DNA of 64,000 bases, from positions 896,001 to 960,000 of the forward strand of contig OY762897.2 of the NCBI GenBank assembly GCA_963666515.2. Reading direction: 5' to 3'. Numbering within the stretch: the stretch's first letter is position 1; every line of letters starts with the position of its first letter. Below are positions 40,041 through 48,143 of this stretch, in pieces. The notes below the pieces were generated by a model. It did no database searches, was not told the origin of the DNA, and saw only the letters and a program-made list of their open reading frames with translations. The translations under genes were made by a program, and so were the position numbers. The stretch is from Candidatus Binatia bacterium (GTDB lineage Bacteria; Desulfobacterota; Binatia; UBA9968; JAJDTQ01).

Positions 40041-40921
40041 GGCGTTGCCTGGGGGAGCTTGTCGTGAAGGGCCGCCAAGGCTGCCACCGCATCGGCCAGG
40101 AACCACGCCCCGCACGAGGTGGTGGCGCCGTCGATGACCGCGGCCGGGACCGACCGCGCGGCGCGCCGGACGACGGGGTGGCGGAACGAGGTCCAGGCGT
40201 CGTCGTGACTCGTTCCCTCCCCAAAGGCGGCCTTGGCGACCATGTCGGGGTTCTCGTAGGCCAGACGCTCAAGCGGAATCGGCCGCCACCCGGCCCGCGA
40301 CTGGAAGTTGTCGAGCCCCGCGGCCGCGAACAGGTCGTCCACCAGGGTGCCGGGCCCGGCCGTGTAGCCGGCCGGCGTCATGTACAGCGCCCGGGTGCCG
40401 GGTGCATGGACTCGCGCCGCCCGGAGCCGCGCGTCCATGCCGGCGATCAACGTTTCACCGCGTTCCGGCGCACCGAGCCCTCGGGCCGCGTGCCGGATCA
40501 CCGCCCGCGCGCCGTCGATGTCATCGGCGAACCCGATTTGCAGCACCGGCACTCCCGCCCGCTCGAAGAACGCCCGGGCGTTGGGTCCGCCGCCATAAGA
40601 ACGGACCACCAGATCCGGCCGCAGCGCCAGCACGTCCTCCGCGCGGGGGCGCACCGCCGGCAGCCCGGCAGCGGCCGCGCGCATGTAGGAGAACGCCGCG
40701 CCTGCGTCCGGCGACACCGCCACGATGTCCCGGCGCTCGGCGAGCCCCAGCACGAACTGGTCGGCGCAATAGTCCAGGCTCACGATGCGGCGGGCAGTGG
40801 AGCGGTCAGGTCGCGGCTCCGTGCATGCAGCCAGGAGAATGCAGACGGCCAGCGCCACCGTGACGGGCTTCGCCACCAAGGCCAAACGCTCCCGCAGCCG
40901 TCGGGTCTGGCGCGGCGTCAA
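40037..40921 (-). CDS. BtuF-like ABC substrate-binding lipoprotein
   Basis: Lipobox LLAAC, RIVSLDYCADQ, EDVLALRPDLVV. Confidence 0.85.
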   Translation of the reverse strand: MTPRQTRRLRERLALVAKPVTVALAVCILLAACTEPRPDRSTARRIVSLDYCADQFVLGLAERRDIVAVSPDAGAAFSYMRAAAAGLPAVRPRAEDVLALRPDLVVRSYGGGPNARAFFERAGVPVLQIGFADDIDGARAVIRHAARGLGAPERGETLIAGMDARLRAARVHAPGTRALYMTPAGYTAGPGTLVDDLFAAAGLDNFQSRAGWRPIPLERLAYENPDMVAKAAFGEGTSHDDAWTSFRHPVVRRAARSVPAAVIDGATTSCGAWFLADAVAALAALHDKLPQATP

Positions 40922-41029
40922 CTCATCCCCTTTCCTGCTCTAAATTTTCTTCGGCCGGTGCCGAAAGACGATTATGTAGGGGTGGAACCTACGCCGGGCA
41001 ATGACCGTCGTCAAGCCGATACAGATGGC

Positions 41030-41056
41030 TTGACATTGTGTATCCCACAGGATACA
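41030..41056 (+). promoter_or_regulatory. TA operon promoter with palindromic operator
   Basis: TTGACA followed by TGTATCC-CACA-GGATACA directly before the toxin start. Confidence 0.65.
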
Positions 41057-41057
41057 A

Positions 41058-41365
41058 ATGGAGGACTTGGTGGCTACCGTACACCGGACCCAGGAGTTCA
41101 CCAAGTGGTTCGAGAATCTACGTGACACCCGAGCCAAGGCGCGAATCAATCTTCGAATCAGACGGTTGTCACTTGGTAACCCCGGGATGCCCGGGCAGTG
41201 GGCGAAGGTGTTTCGGAACTGCGTGTCGACTACGGGCCGGGCTATCGAGTGTACTTTGTGCGTCGAGAGTCCGCTTCGGTCGTTCTCCTCAATGGCGGGG
41301 ACAAGGGTACCCAAGTACGGGACATCGCCAGAGCCCGCGCGTTGGCACGGAGCCTTCGAACGTAA
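41058..41365 (+). pseudogene. RelE/HigB-type addiction-module toxin, frameshifted
   Basis: Restoring one G at 41184-41186 gives ...[32 protein letters not shown]...GGDKGTQVRDIARA, stop TAA at 41363-41365. Confidence 0.85.
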
Positions 41366-41375
41366 GGAGACCATC

Positions 41376-41699
41376 ATGACTGATACGCAACCATGGGATG
41401 CGGCGGACTACCTGGAAGAAGAGGAAGACATCGTCGCCTACCTCGAAGCAGCTTTCGAGGACGGCGATCCACAACTCATCACCGCCGCGCTTGGCGACAT
41501 CGCGAGGTCTCGGGGCATGACGAAGGTCGCATCGAAGACGGGCTTGGGTCGCGAGAGCCTCTACAAGGCGTTGTCACGCGACGGCAACCCCGCTTTGGCT
41601 ACCGTGCTCAAGGTGATACAAGCGCTGGGCCTTCAGCTTCGCGTGACGAGCCTGCATTCGAAGACGACACCGCCGATGGCGGGTGACGGTTTCGGTTGA
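41376..41699 (+). CDS. Addiction-module antidote protein (HTH antitoxin)
   Basis: WDAADYL...ALGDIARSRGMTKVA...GRESLYKALS..GNP. AAGGAG RBS. Confidence 0.9.
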   Translation: MTDTQPWDAADYLEEEEDIVAYLEAAFEDGDPQLITAALGDIARSRGMTKVASKTGLGRESLYKALSRDGNPALATVLKVIQALGLQLRVTSLHSKTTPPMAGDGFG

Positions 41700-41744
41700 C
41701 GTCGGTTTGTCGAGTCTGCGAACATCGGGTAGACTCGCCGCACC

Positions 41745-42767
41745 GTGTTGCACGTCCCGCCCGTCTCCCGCGCCCTCGACCCCGCGATTCAGCGAGCCAT
41801 CGATACGAAGACCAAGCCCTTGGGAGCCCTCGGGGTTCTGGAGGCCCTTGCCGCCCAGGTCGCCCGCATCCAGAACACCCTGACGCCGTGGCTGCAAAGC
41901 TGCCGCCTCACGCTTTTCGCCGGCGATCACGGCATCGCGGAGGAAGGCGTATCCGCGTATCCGCAAGCCGTGACCCGGCAGATGGTGGCCAACTTTCTTG
42001 CTGGCGGCGCCGCCGCCAACGTGCTGGCCCGGACCAACGGCGTGGACCTCCAGGTGGTGGACGCCGGCGTCGCCGGCGATCCTGTCGAGGCGCCGGGTCT
42101 GGTGTCGCGGCGCATCGCCGCCGGCACGCGCAACTTCGCGGCGTCGCCGGCCATGACCGCCGGGCAGCGCGACAGCGCGTTGAGCGCGGGCGAGGCCCTC
42201 GGCGCCGCGGTGGCCGCGGACGCCGCGGCCTTCGGCGAGATGGGCATCGGCAACACCTCCTCGGCCACGCTGGTGGCGCACAAGCTCACGGGCGCCGGGT
42301 TGGAGGACCTGGTCGGGCGGGGCGCGGGGCTCGACGACGCGGGTCTGGCGCGCAAGCATGAAATCCTGGAACGCGCCGCCCGCCGCACGGCGCCCCGCCT
42401 CGACCCTGCGGACGCGTTGCGGGAGTACGGCGGTTTCGAGATGGTGATGATGGCGGGCGCCATGGCGGGCGCGGCCCGGACCGGAGCAGTGGTGCTGGTG
42501 GACGGCTTCATCGCCGGCGTGGCCGCCCTGGCGGCGGTGGGGATGGCGCCCGCGCTCCGGGACTACCTGGTGTTCGCCCACTGTTCCGCCGAGCACGGTC
42601 ACGGGGCGGTGCTGGCGGCCCTCGACGCGCGTCCGCTTCTGGACCTCGACATGCGCCTGGGCGAAGGCACCGGCGCCCTGCTGGCGTGGCCGGTGCTGCA
42701 ATGCGCGGCCGCCATGCTTTCGGAGATGGCGAGCTTCGAGAGCGCGGGCGTGAGCGGTCCGGTCTGA
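41745..42767 (+). CDS. cobT: Nicotinate-nucleotide:dimethylbenzimidazole phosphoribosyltransferase
   Basis: KTKPLGALG.LE, FAGDHG, GEMGIGNT, DGFI, MRLGEGTGA. Confidence 0.95.
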   Translation: MLHVPPVSRALDPAIQRAIDTKTKPLGALGVLEALAAQVARIQNTLTPWLQSCRLTLFAGDHGIAEEGVSAYPQAVTRQMVANFLAGGAAANVLARTNGVDLQVVDAGVAGDPVEAPGLVSRRIAAGTRNFAASPAMTAGQRDSALSAGEALGAAVAADAAAFGEMGIGNTSSATLVAHKLTGAGLEDLVGRGAGLDDAGLARKHEILERAARRTAPRLDPADALREYGGFEMVMMAGAMAGAARTGAVVLVDGFIAGVAALAAVGMAPALRDYLVFAHCSAEHGHGAVLAALDARPLLDLDMRLGEGTGALLAWPVLQCAAAMLSEMASFESAGVSGPV

Positions 42768-43534
42768 TGCGCCAAGCCCGTGAAGAGATCGCGGTGTTTC
42801 TCCTGGCGGTGCAGTTCCTGACCCGCTGCCCGGTGCCGTTCCCGGACCTCTTCACCGAGGCGCGTCTGACCGCGGCAACGCGCTACTATCCGCTGGTGGG
42901 GGTCCTCGTCGGCGGGGCGGTGGGAGGGGTGTTCTGGCTGGCCCATCTGGTCTTCCCGGTGACCCTGTCGGTGGTGCTCGCCACCGCCGCGTCGCTGCTG
43001 GCCACGGGGGCTTTTCACGAGGACGGGTTCGCCGACGCCTGTGACGGGCTCGGCGGCGGCGCCACCCGCGAGCAGGCCCTGGAGATCATGCGCGACAGCC
43101 GCCTCGGCACCTACGGCGCGGCCGGCCTCGGCCTGATGCTGGCCGCCAAGATACTGGCGCTGGCGGCCGTGCCGGCGGTGGTGATCCCGTGGCTCCTGGT
43201 GGCGGCTCACGCCGCGAGCCGCGCCTCCGCGGTGCTCGCCATTGCGACGGGCCGGTACGTGCGGGATGCCGGTGCGGCCAAGCCGGTGGCGGACGGCGTG
43301 ACGCCGGCAGGTCTGGTTCTGGCGCTGGCCACCGGGGCCGCGGCCGTGGCGGCGCTGTGGCATCTGGCGTCCCCGGCTGCGATGCTGGCCGGTTTCACCG
43401 GGCTTGCGATCGGTCACGTCGTCATGCGTGGATTGTACGAACGAAAGCTCGGCGGTTATACAGGGGACTGTCTCGGGGCCGTGCAACAGACCGGCGAGTT
43501 GGGGCTCTACCTCGGCGTCGTCGCGGTTGTGTAG
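42767..43534 (+). CDS. cobS: Adenosylcobinamide-GDP ribazoletransferase
   Basis: FLTR.P, TGAFHEDGFAD..DG, IMRDSRLGTYG, GGYTGD.LGA. Confidence 0.95.
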   Translation: MRQAREEIAVFLLAVQFLTRCPVPFPDLFTEARLTAATRYYPLVGVLVGGAVGGVFWLAHLVFPVTLSVVLATAASLLATGAFHEDGFADACDGLGGGATREQALEIMRDSRLGTYGAAGLGLMLAAKILALAAVPAVVIPWLLVAAHAASRASAVLAIATGRYVRDAGAAKPVADGVTPAGLVLALATGAAAVAALWHLASPAAMLAGFTGLAIGHVVMRGLYERKLGGYTGDCLGAVQQTGELGLYLGVVAVV

Positions 43535-43578
43535 TGGCGGCCGAGTCGTCCTCTTTCGCCACTCTTGCATCCGGCACC

Positions 43579-44151
43579 ATGCGCTTGATTCTCATTCGTC
43601 ACACGCGGCCCGCGGGCGCGGACAACCTGTGCTATGGCGTCACGGATGTCGACGTGGCAGCGACGTTCGAGCAAGAGGCGGTGCGCGTGGTGGCGGCGCT
43701 GCCCGCGGTGGAGCGGCTCGTGACCAGCCCGTTGCGCCGCTGCATGAGGCTTGCGGAACGGATCGGCGCGGCGCGCGGACTCGTTCCGGTGGTCGACGAC
43801 AGGGTCCGGGAGATGGACTTCGGTCGTTGGGAGCGCGTGCCCTGGAACGACATCCGCCGGACGGAGCTGGACGCGTGGGCGGCGGACTTCCTTCACGCCC
43901 GGCCCCACGGCGGCGAGAACGTGGCGATGGTATCGGAGCGGGTCGGTTCCGCGCTGGCCGATTACCGCCGGAGCGGTGTGGCCCATGCGGTGGTCACCCA
44001 CGCGGGCGTCATCAAGGCTGCGCGGGCTGCGGGGGGCTGCGCGGACGCCTGGACGACATCGGTGGGTTTCGGCGATGCGGTGAACATCGAGTTTCCGGCC
44101 GAGGCGGAACGCTCACCGTCGGGTCCGCGCGAGGCGAAGCCGTGGGATTGA
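43579..44151 (+). CDS. cobC: Histidine phosphatase (alpha-ribazole phosphatase)
   Basis: LIRHT, SPLRRC, EMDFG.WE, VTHAGVI. Lies in the cob operon. Confidence 0.82.
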   Translation: MRLILIRHTRPAGADNLCYGVTDVDVAATFEQEAVRVVAALPAVERLVTSPLRRCMRLAERIGAARGLVPVVDDRVREMDFGRWERVPWNDIRRTELDAWAADFLHARPHGGENVAMVSERVGSALADYRRSGVAHAVVTHAGVIKAARAAGGCADAWTTSVGFGDAVNIEFPAEAERSPSGPREAKPWD

Positions 44152-45149
44152 TCTCCTTTCAACCGCGGCACGGCGGCGATCTTGCGGCTGCCCGGCGGAC
44201 GTTCGGCTCGCCGCCTTGCGGATGGCTCGATCTCTCCACCGGCGTCAACCCATGGTCCTATCCGTACGGCGCCATCGGCTCCGAAACCCTCACCCGCCTG
44301 CCGCAGGACGACGCGATGGAGGCGTTGCTGGCGGCGGCGCGGGAGGCCTACGGCATCGCGCCCGCCGCCGGTGTGGCCGCGGCGCCGGGGAGTCAGGCCT
44401 TGTTCCAGTTGCTGCCAACCATGAGGACCCGGTGCCGGGTGGCTGTCCTGGCGCCCACCTACGAGGAACATGCCGTGGCGTGGCGCTGCCTGGGGCACGT
44501 CGTGGACGAGGTCGGCTCGCTCGGGAAGTGTCCTGACGCCGACGTGGTCGTGGTGGTCAACCCCAACAATCCCGACGGCCGCACCACGGACCGGGAGACG
44601 CTGGCGCGAGCGGCCGAGGAACTGGCGCGACGCGGCGGCTGGCTCGTCGTCGACGAAACGTTTGCGGACGTCGCGCCCGATGTCAGCCTGGCATCGGCTC
44701 CGGGCCTTCCCAATACGTTGATCGCGCGCTCTTTCGGAAAGTTCTTCGGCCTCCCCGGCTTGCGGCTGGGTTTCGTAGCCGGCCCGCCAATGCTGGTGGA
44801 CGGCATCGCGCGGCGTCTGGGCCCCTGGGCCGTCTCCGGGCCCGCCCTGGAGATCGGCAGGCGGGCGCTGGCCGACACGGACTGGATCGTCCGCACCCGC
44901 GCCCGGCTGGCGGAGAAGCGGCTACAGCTCGACGGCGTTCTCTCGGAAGCCGGCCTGAGCCTTGTCGGCGGCACCGACCTGTTCCGGCTGGTGGAAACGG
45001 CCGCGGCTCACAACCTCTCTCAACGCCTAGGCCGGGCCGGTATCCTGGTCCGGTCCTTCGACCGTCATCCAGGCTGGCTCAGGATAGGTCTGCCCCCGTC
45101 GGCGGATGCTCTGCAACGCCTTTCGGCGGAGTTGAAGGGGGCTTGGTGA
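44142..45149 (+). CDS. cobD: Threonine-phosphate decarboxylase
   Basis: HGGDL, DLSTGVNP, NPNNPDG, VDETF.D, RSFGKFFGLPGLRLG. Confidence 0.9.
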   Translation: MGLISFQPRHGGDLAAARRTFGSPPCGWLDLSTGVNPWSYPYGAIGSETLTRLPQDDAMEALLAAAREAYGIAPAAGVAAAPGSQALFQLLPTMRTRCRVAVLAPTYEEHAVAWRCLGHVVDEVGSLGKCPDADVVVVVNPNNPDGRTTDRETLARAAEELARRGGWLVVDETFADVAPDVSLASAPGLPNTLIARSFGKFFGLPGLRLGFVAGPPMLVDGIARRLGPWAVSGPALEIGRRALADTDWIVRTRARLAEKRLQLDGVLSEAGLSLVGGTDLFRLVETAAAHNLSQRLGRAGILVRSFDRHPGWLRIGLPPSADALQRLSAELKGAW

Positions 45150-45172
45150 GGCCGGGACGCTAGCCGGGCGTC

Positions 45173-46201
45173 TTGAGCCGGCGGACCGATGTGAACCTCT
45201 CCGACACCGCATCTCTCTTGCTGGCGGCGATGGCATTCGACGCCTTCATCGGCGACCCCCGCTGGCTCTACTGGATCGTTCCGCATCCCACGGCGGTCAT
45301 GGGCCGGGTGCTGGCGTTCTGCGACAGCCGATTGAATCGCCCCGCCTTCGGCCGCGCGGGACGCCGCTTCGCGGGGGCGATCTCCACAGTGGCCGTCGTC
45401 GCCTTGTCCGCCGTGCTGGCGGCGCTGATCAGCGCCGGCCTGAGCGGATGGCCGGTCGGATTCTGGGTGGAGGCTTTGCTGGTCTCGGTGCTGATCGCCC
45501 AGAACAGCCTGTACCGCCATGTCGCCGACGTCGCCCGGGCGCTGGAGCGCGACGGGGTCGATGACGGCCGGAGCGCCGTCGCCCACATCGTCGGACGCGA
45601 CCCCGAATCCCTGGATGCCCACGGCATAGCCCGGGGCGCGGTCGAATCGCTGGCCGAGAACTTCAACGACGGCGTGGTGGCGCCGGTCCTGTGGGGTCTG
45701 CTTCTCGGCCTGCCGGGCATCGCGGCCTACAAGGCGCTCAACACCGCCGACAGCATGATCGGCCACCGCGACCACTGTTACCGCGACTTCGGATGGGCGG
45801 CGGCGCGGCTGGACGATGTCGCCAACTGGGTGCCGGCGCGCGTCGCCGGATTCCTGTTGGCCGTCGCCGGCGTGCAATCCAAGGTCGGCAGCGCGATGCA
45901 CGGCCTGAGGATCATGTGGCGGGATGGCGGCGCCCATCGCTCGGTCAACGCCGGTTATCCGGAGGGCGCCATGGCCGGCGTGCTGGGCTTGCGTCTGGCC
46001 GGACCGCGCCGATACCGGGGCGTCGTGACGGCCGATCCGTGGCTGGGCGACGGTGCCGTCGAGGCGACCGCGGCCGACATCCGGCGCGCTCTCCGCGTCT
46101 ATGTCGGCGCCTGCCTGCTCCTGGCCGTGCTGGTGGGAGGACTGTTCGCCGCGTCGTTGTTTCTGGCCGGGGCGCCGATGCCGTGGTACGGGTGGGTTTG
46201 A
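45173..46201 (+). CDS. cbiB: Adenosylcobinamide-phosphate synthase
   Basis: GDP..PHP, IVGRD, ESLAENFNDGVVAP, NTADSMIG, NAGYPE.AMAG. Confidence 0.93.
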   Translation: MSRRTDVNLSDTASLLLAAMAFDAFIGDPRWLYWIVPHPTAVMGRVLAFCDSRLNRPAFGRAGRRFAGAISTVAVVALSAVLAALISAGLSGWPVGFWVEALLVSVLIAQNSLYRHVADVARALERDGVDDGRSAVAHIVGRDPESLDAHGIARGAVESLAENFNDGVVAPVLWGLLLGLPGIAAYKALNTADSMIGHRDHCYRDFGWAAARLDDVANWVPARVAGFLLAVAGVQSKVGSAMHGLRIMWRDGGAHRSVNAGYPEGAMAGVLGLRLAGPRRYRGVVTADPWLGDGAVEATAADIRRALRVYVGACLLLAVLVGGLFAASLFLAGAPMPWYGWV

Positions 46202-46263
46202 AACTTGGTCGTGTAGCGTGCGTCCTACAAGTTGGGGACCAATTTATGGGCGAGCCGTGAAAT

Positions 46264-46488
46264 TCAGAGGGTGGACTTCCTGAAGTAGTCCGCTTCGTGT
46301 TTGAGCACGGCCTTTACTTGCCACTCCTGCACACCGGGGAACCACTCCAGGAATTCCTTTACCGTGGCGCCACCTTCCAGGTTTTCAAACAGGGCATACA
46401 CCGGCACTCTCGTTCCGGTGAAGGCCCACGCTCCGCTGATCTTGCGCGGGTCGCGTTCCACTGCCGGGCACGTTTCCCAATCCGTCAT
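46264..46488 (-). CDS. DUF433 antitoxin-like protein (orphan)
   Basis: P.KISGAW.F.GTRVPV..LFENL..GATV.EFLEWFP. Confidence 0.85.
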   Translation of the reverse strand: MTDWETCPAVERDPRKISGAWAFTGTRVPVYALFENLEGGATVKEFLEWFPGVQEWQVKAVLKHEADYFRKSTL

Positions 46489-46556
46489 TTCGGATTCCTC
46501 CGTTCGGATTCCAGCGTTATCCTCGACTGGCAGGCGTGGCTTCCGGGACCGGGCGC

Positions 46557-46778
46557 TTATGCCCGGCCCCCCGTGCGTTCAATCAAGACCCGGAGCGCTT
46601 CGGCCTGTTGGTCCAGGCGCGCCATGGCTTCGGCGTGGCGGGCATCTTCGCTGGCGGCCCGTTGGTCTCCGGCGTGGCGCATTTGCCGAATGCCTACGAA
46701 GATGGCGGCGACGACCCCGAGGCTGGCCCCGGCCTGAACCGCACTGATGATGAGAGTTGCGAGTTCGTACCCGGTCAT
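46557..46778 (-). CDS. Small single-pass membrane hypothetical protein
   Basis: GGAG RBS, then MTGYELATLIISAVQAGASLGVVAAIFVGIRQM and a coiled-coil tail. Confidence 0.55.
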   Translation of the reverse strand: MTGYELATLIISAVQAGASLGVVAAIFVGIRQMRHAGDQRAASEDARHAEAMARLDQQAEALRVLIERTGGRA

Positions 46779-46885
46779 TCTCCGTCTCCGTTCCGGCGAG
46801 GAAGAATCGGAAGCGGCAGGCACGGGCAAGCGACCCGGAGTCGACCGTGCCCATGTTCGTCTCCATGACGACATGCTACCCGGAA

Positions 46886-47209
46886 TCAGTGGGCTAGTAC
46901 AGAACGAGCGTGGTCGTCCAGCCTTTCAGCGATCCGCTGTGCCAAACCAACGGTCAGTCGCGTGCCGGTCGCTTCCGCGTAGCGGCGCAAGGTAGTCAAG
47001 GACGGTGACACGCCACCGCCCTCCAGCCGCGCGATGGTGGATTAGGTCGTTCTGAGGCGCCGGGCGAGTTCTGCCTGTGTCAACTTCGCGGCTCTACGGG
47101 CATGAATCAATGCCTCGATCAGCCTGAACTCGTCATCGGCCCGCGCGTACTCTTCCCGGAATTCCAGATCTTCCATAAAGCGCTTCTTCAGGTCCTTCAG
47201 TCTCGTCAT
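46886..47209 (-). pseudogene. XRE/HTH antitoxin with internal nonsense codon
   Basis: MTRLKDLKKRFMEDLEFREEYARAD...LTQAELARRLRTT*STIARLEGGGVSPSLTTLRRYAEATG. The TAA at 47042-47044 replaces the expected Gln. Confidence 0.8.
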
Positions 47210-47292
47210 GGCGTCACCTGCTTCATGCGTTCCCTGGCGGTCGCGAGCGCTCGGGGCGGCGCCCTCCGCGACTTCGTCGCTTTAACGCCCAT
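47206..47292 (-). pseudogene. C-terminal remnant of a Gp49/RelE-like toxin
   Basis: ATKSRRAPPRALATARERMKQVTP* overlaps the antitoxin start; the N-terminal part is absent. Confidence 0.6.
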
Positions 47293-47391
47293 GGTTGCAG
47301 GTGTTATATATGTGGCTTCCCAAGGTGCGTTGCAAGCGGCTTGACCGCGAGGTCGCCAACTCATCGCAGGGAAGAAGGACGGAGGCATCAA

Positions 47392-47604
47392 ATGGACCGA
47401 ATCGCCGTTGATCCAAGAATTCACTTCGGTAAACCATGCGTCGCCGGCACGCGTATTGCGGTGCAGGATGTCCTGGAACTCGTTGACGAGGACATCCCCT
47501 TCAACCAGATCATTCGCGACTACTATCCCGACATGACCGTCGAAGATATCCATGCGTGTATTCGCTACGCGATCGCCCTGGTGGGCGCCGAGGATTATCA
47601 CTGA
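47392..47604 (+). CDS. DUF433 antitoxin-like protein (orphan)
   Basis: DPRIHFGKPCVAGTRIAV..VLE...YPD..VEDI.ACIRYA. GGAGG RBS. Confidence 0.88.
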   Translation: MDRIAVDPRIHFGKPCVAGTRIAVQDVLELVDEDIPFNQIIRDYYPDMTVEDIHACIRYAIALVGAEDYH

Positions 47605-47613
47605 GAGGTAGAC

Positions 47614-47961
47614 ATGGAACCGGTGCACGGCTTCCGAATGAAGAGCCCCGTCCATCCCGGCGAGTTCGTCAAATGCGAAATCATCGAGGCTCTCGATCTG
47701 ACGGTGACTGGGGCGGCGAAGGCGCTCGGCGTCACGCGGGCGGCGCTGTCCGCCGTTCTGAACGAGCGCGCGCGCTTGTCGCCGGAGATGGCGTTGCGGA
47801 TCGAGAAGGCCTTCGGCGTGTCGATGGACACCCTCATGCGTATGCAGAACAGCTACGACATCGCCAAGACCCGCGGGCGGGCGGGCGAGATTGAGGTTGC
47901 ACAATTCGAGAGACAGTCACGCGGCAACAAGCCTCGTGTGGCCCTCCATACCGAAAGGTGA
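47614..47961 (+). CDS. higA: HigA-family antitoxin (orphan)
   Basis: PVHPGEF...AAKALGVTRAALS.VLN..A.LSPEMALRIEKAFG...MQNSYD. Confidence 0.88.
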   Translation: MEPVHGFRMKSPVHPGEFVKCEIIEALDLTVTGAAKALGVTRAALSAVLNERARLSPEMALRIEKAFGVSMDTLMRMQNSYDIAKTRGRAGEIEVAQFERQSRGNKPRVALHTER

Positions 47962-48035
47962 AACCCGCCCCGCCGCCAAGACGCTGCACCGCCTAGCGAG
48001 GCTTCGCCTCAGACCGACGAGGGGGTAAGGGGATT

Positions 48036-48139
48036 GGCTCCGGTCGCTTGTAGCAGGGATTGAATCCCTGGTCATGGGACCTTGCAAGGTCGGACCTCAA
48101 AGGGTCAAATGGGCATAAAAGCCCGAAGCAACCGGAGCC
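48036..48139 (+). ncRNA. Multi-branched structured leader (RNA or ssDNA)
   Basis: A 13/14-bp outer stem encloses four hairpins and sequesters the GGAG RBS. Confidence 0.6.
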
Positions 48140-48143
48140 GGAC

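Noticed and set aside
41058-41699. 213-aa ORF as a genuine natural toxin-antitoxin fusion protein
   Set aside because: The middle section is out-of-frame toxin sequence and the antitoxin has its own RBS; better explained by a frameshift.
48036-48139. Structured leader as a tRNA or tRNA-Sec
   Set aside because: No TTC T-loop, no D-loop GG pattern, no CCA end; the stem lengths do not fit.
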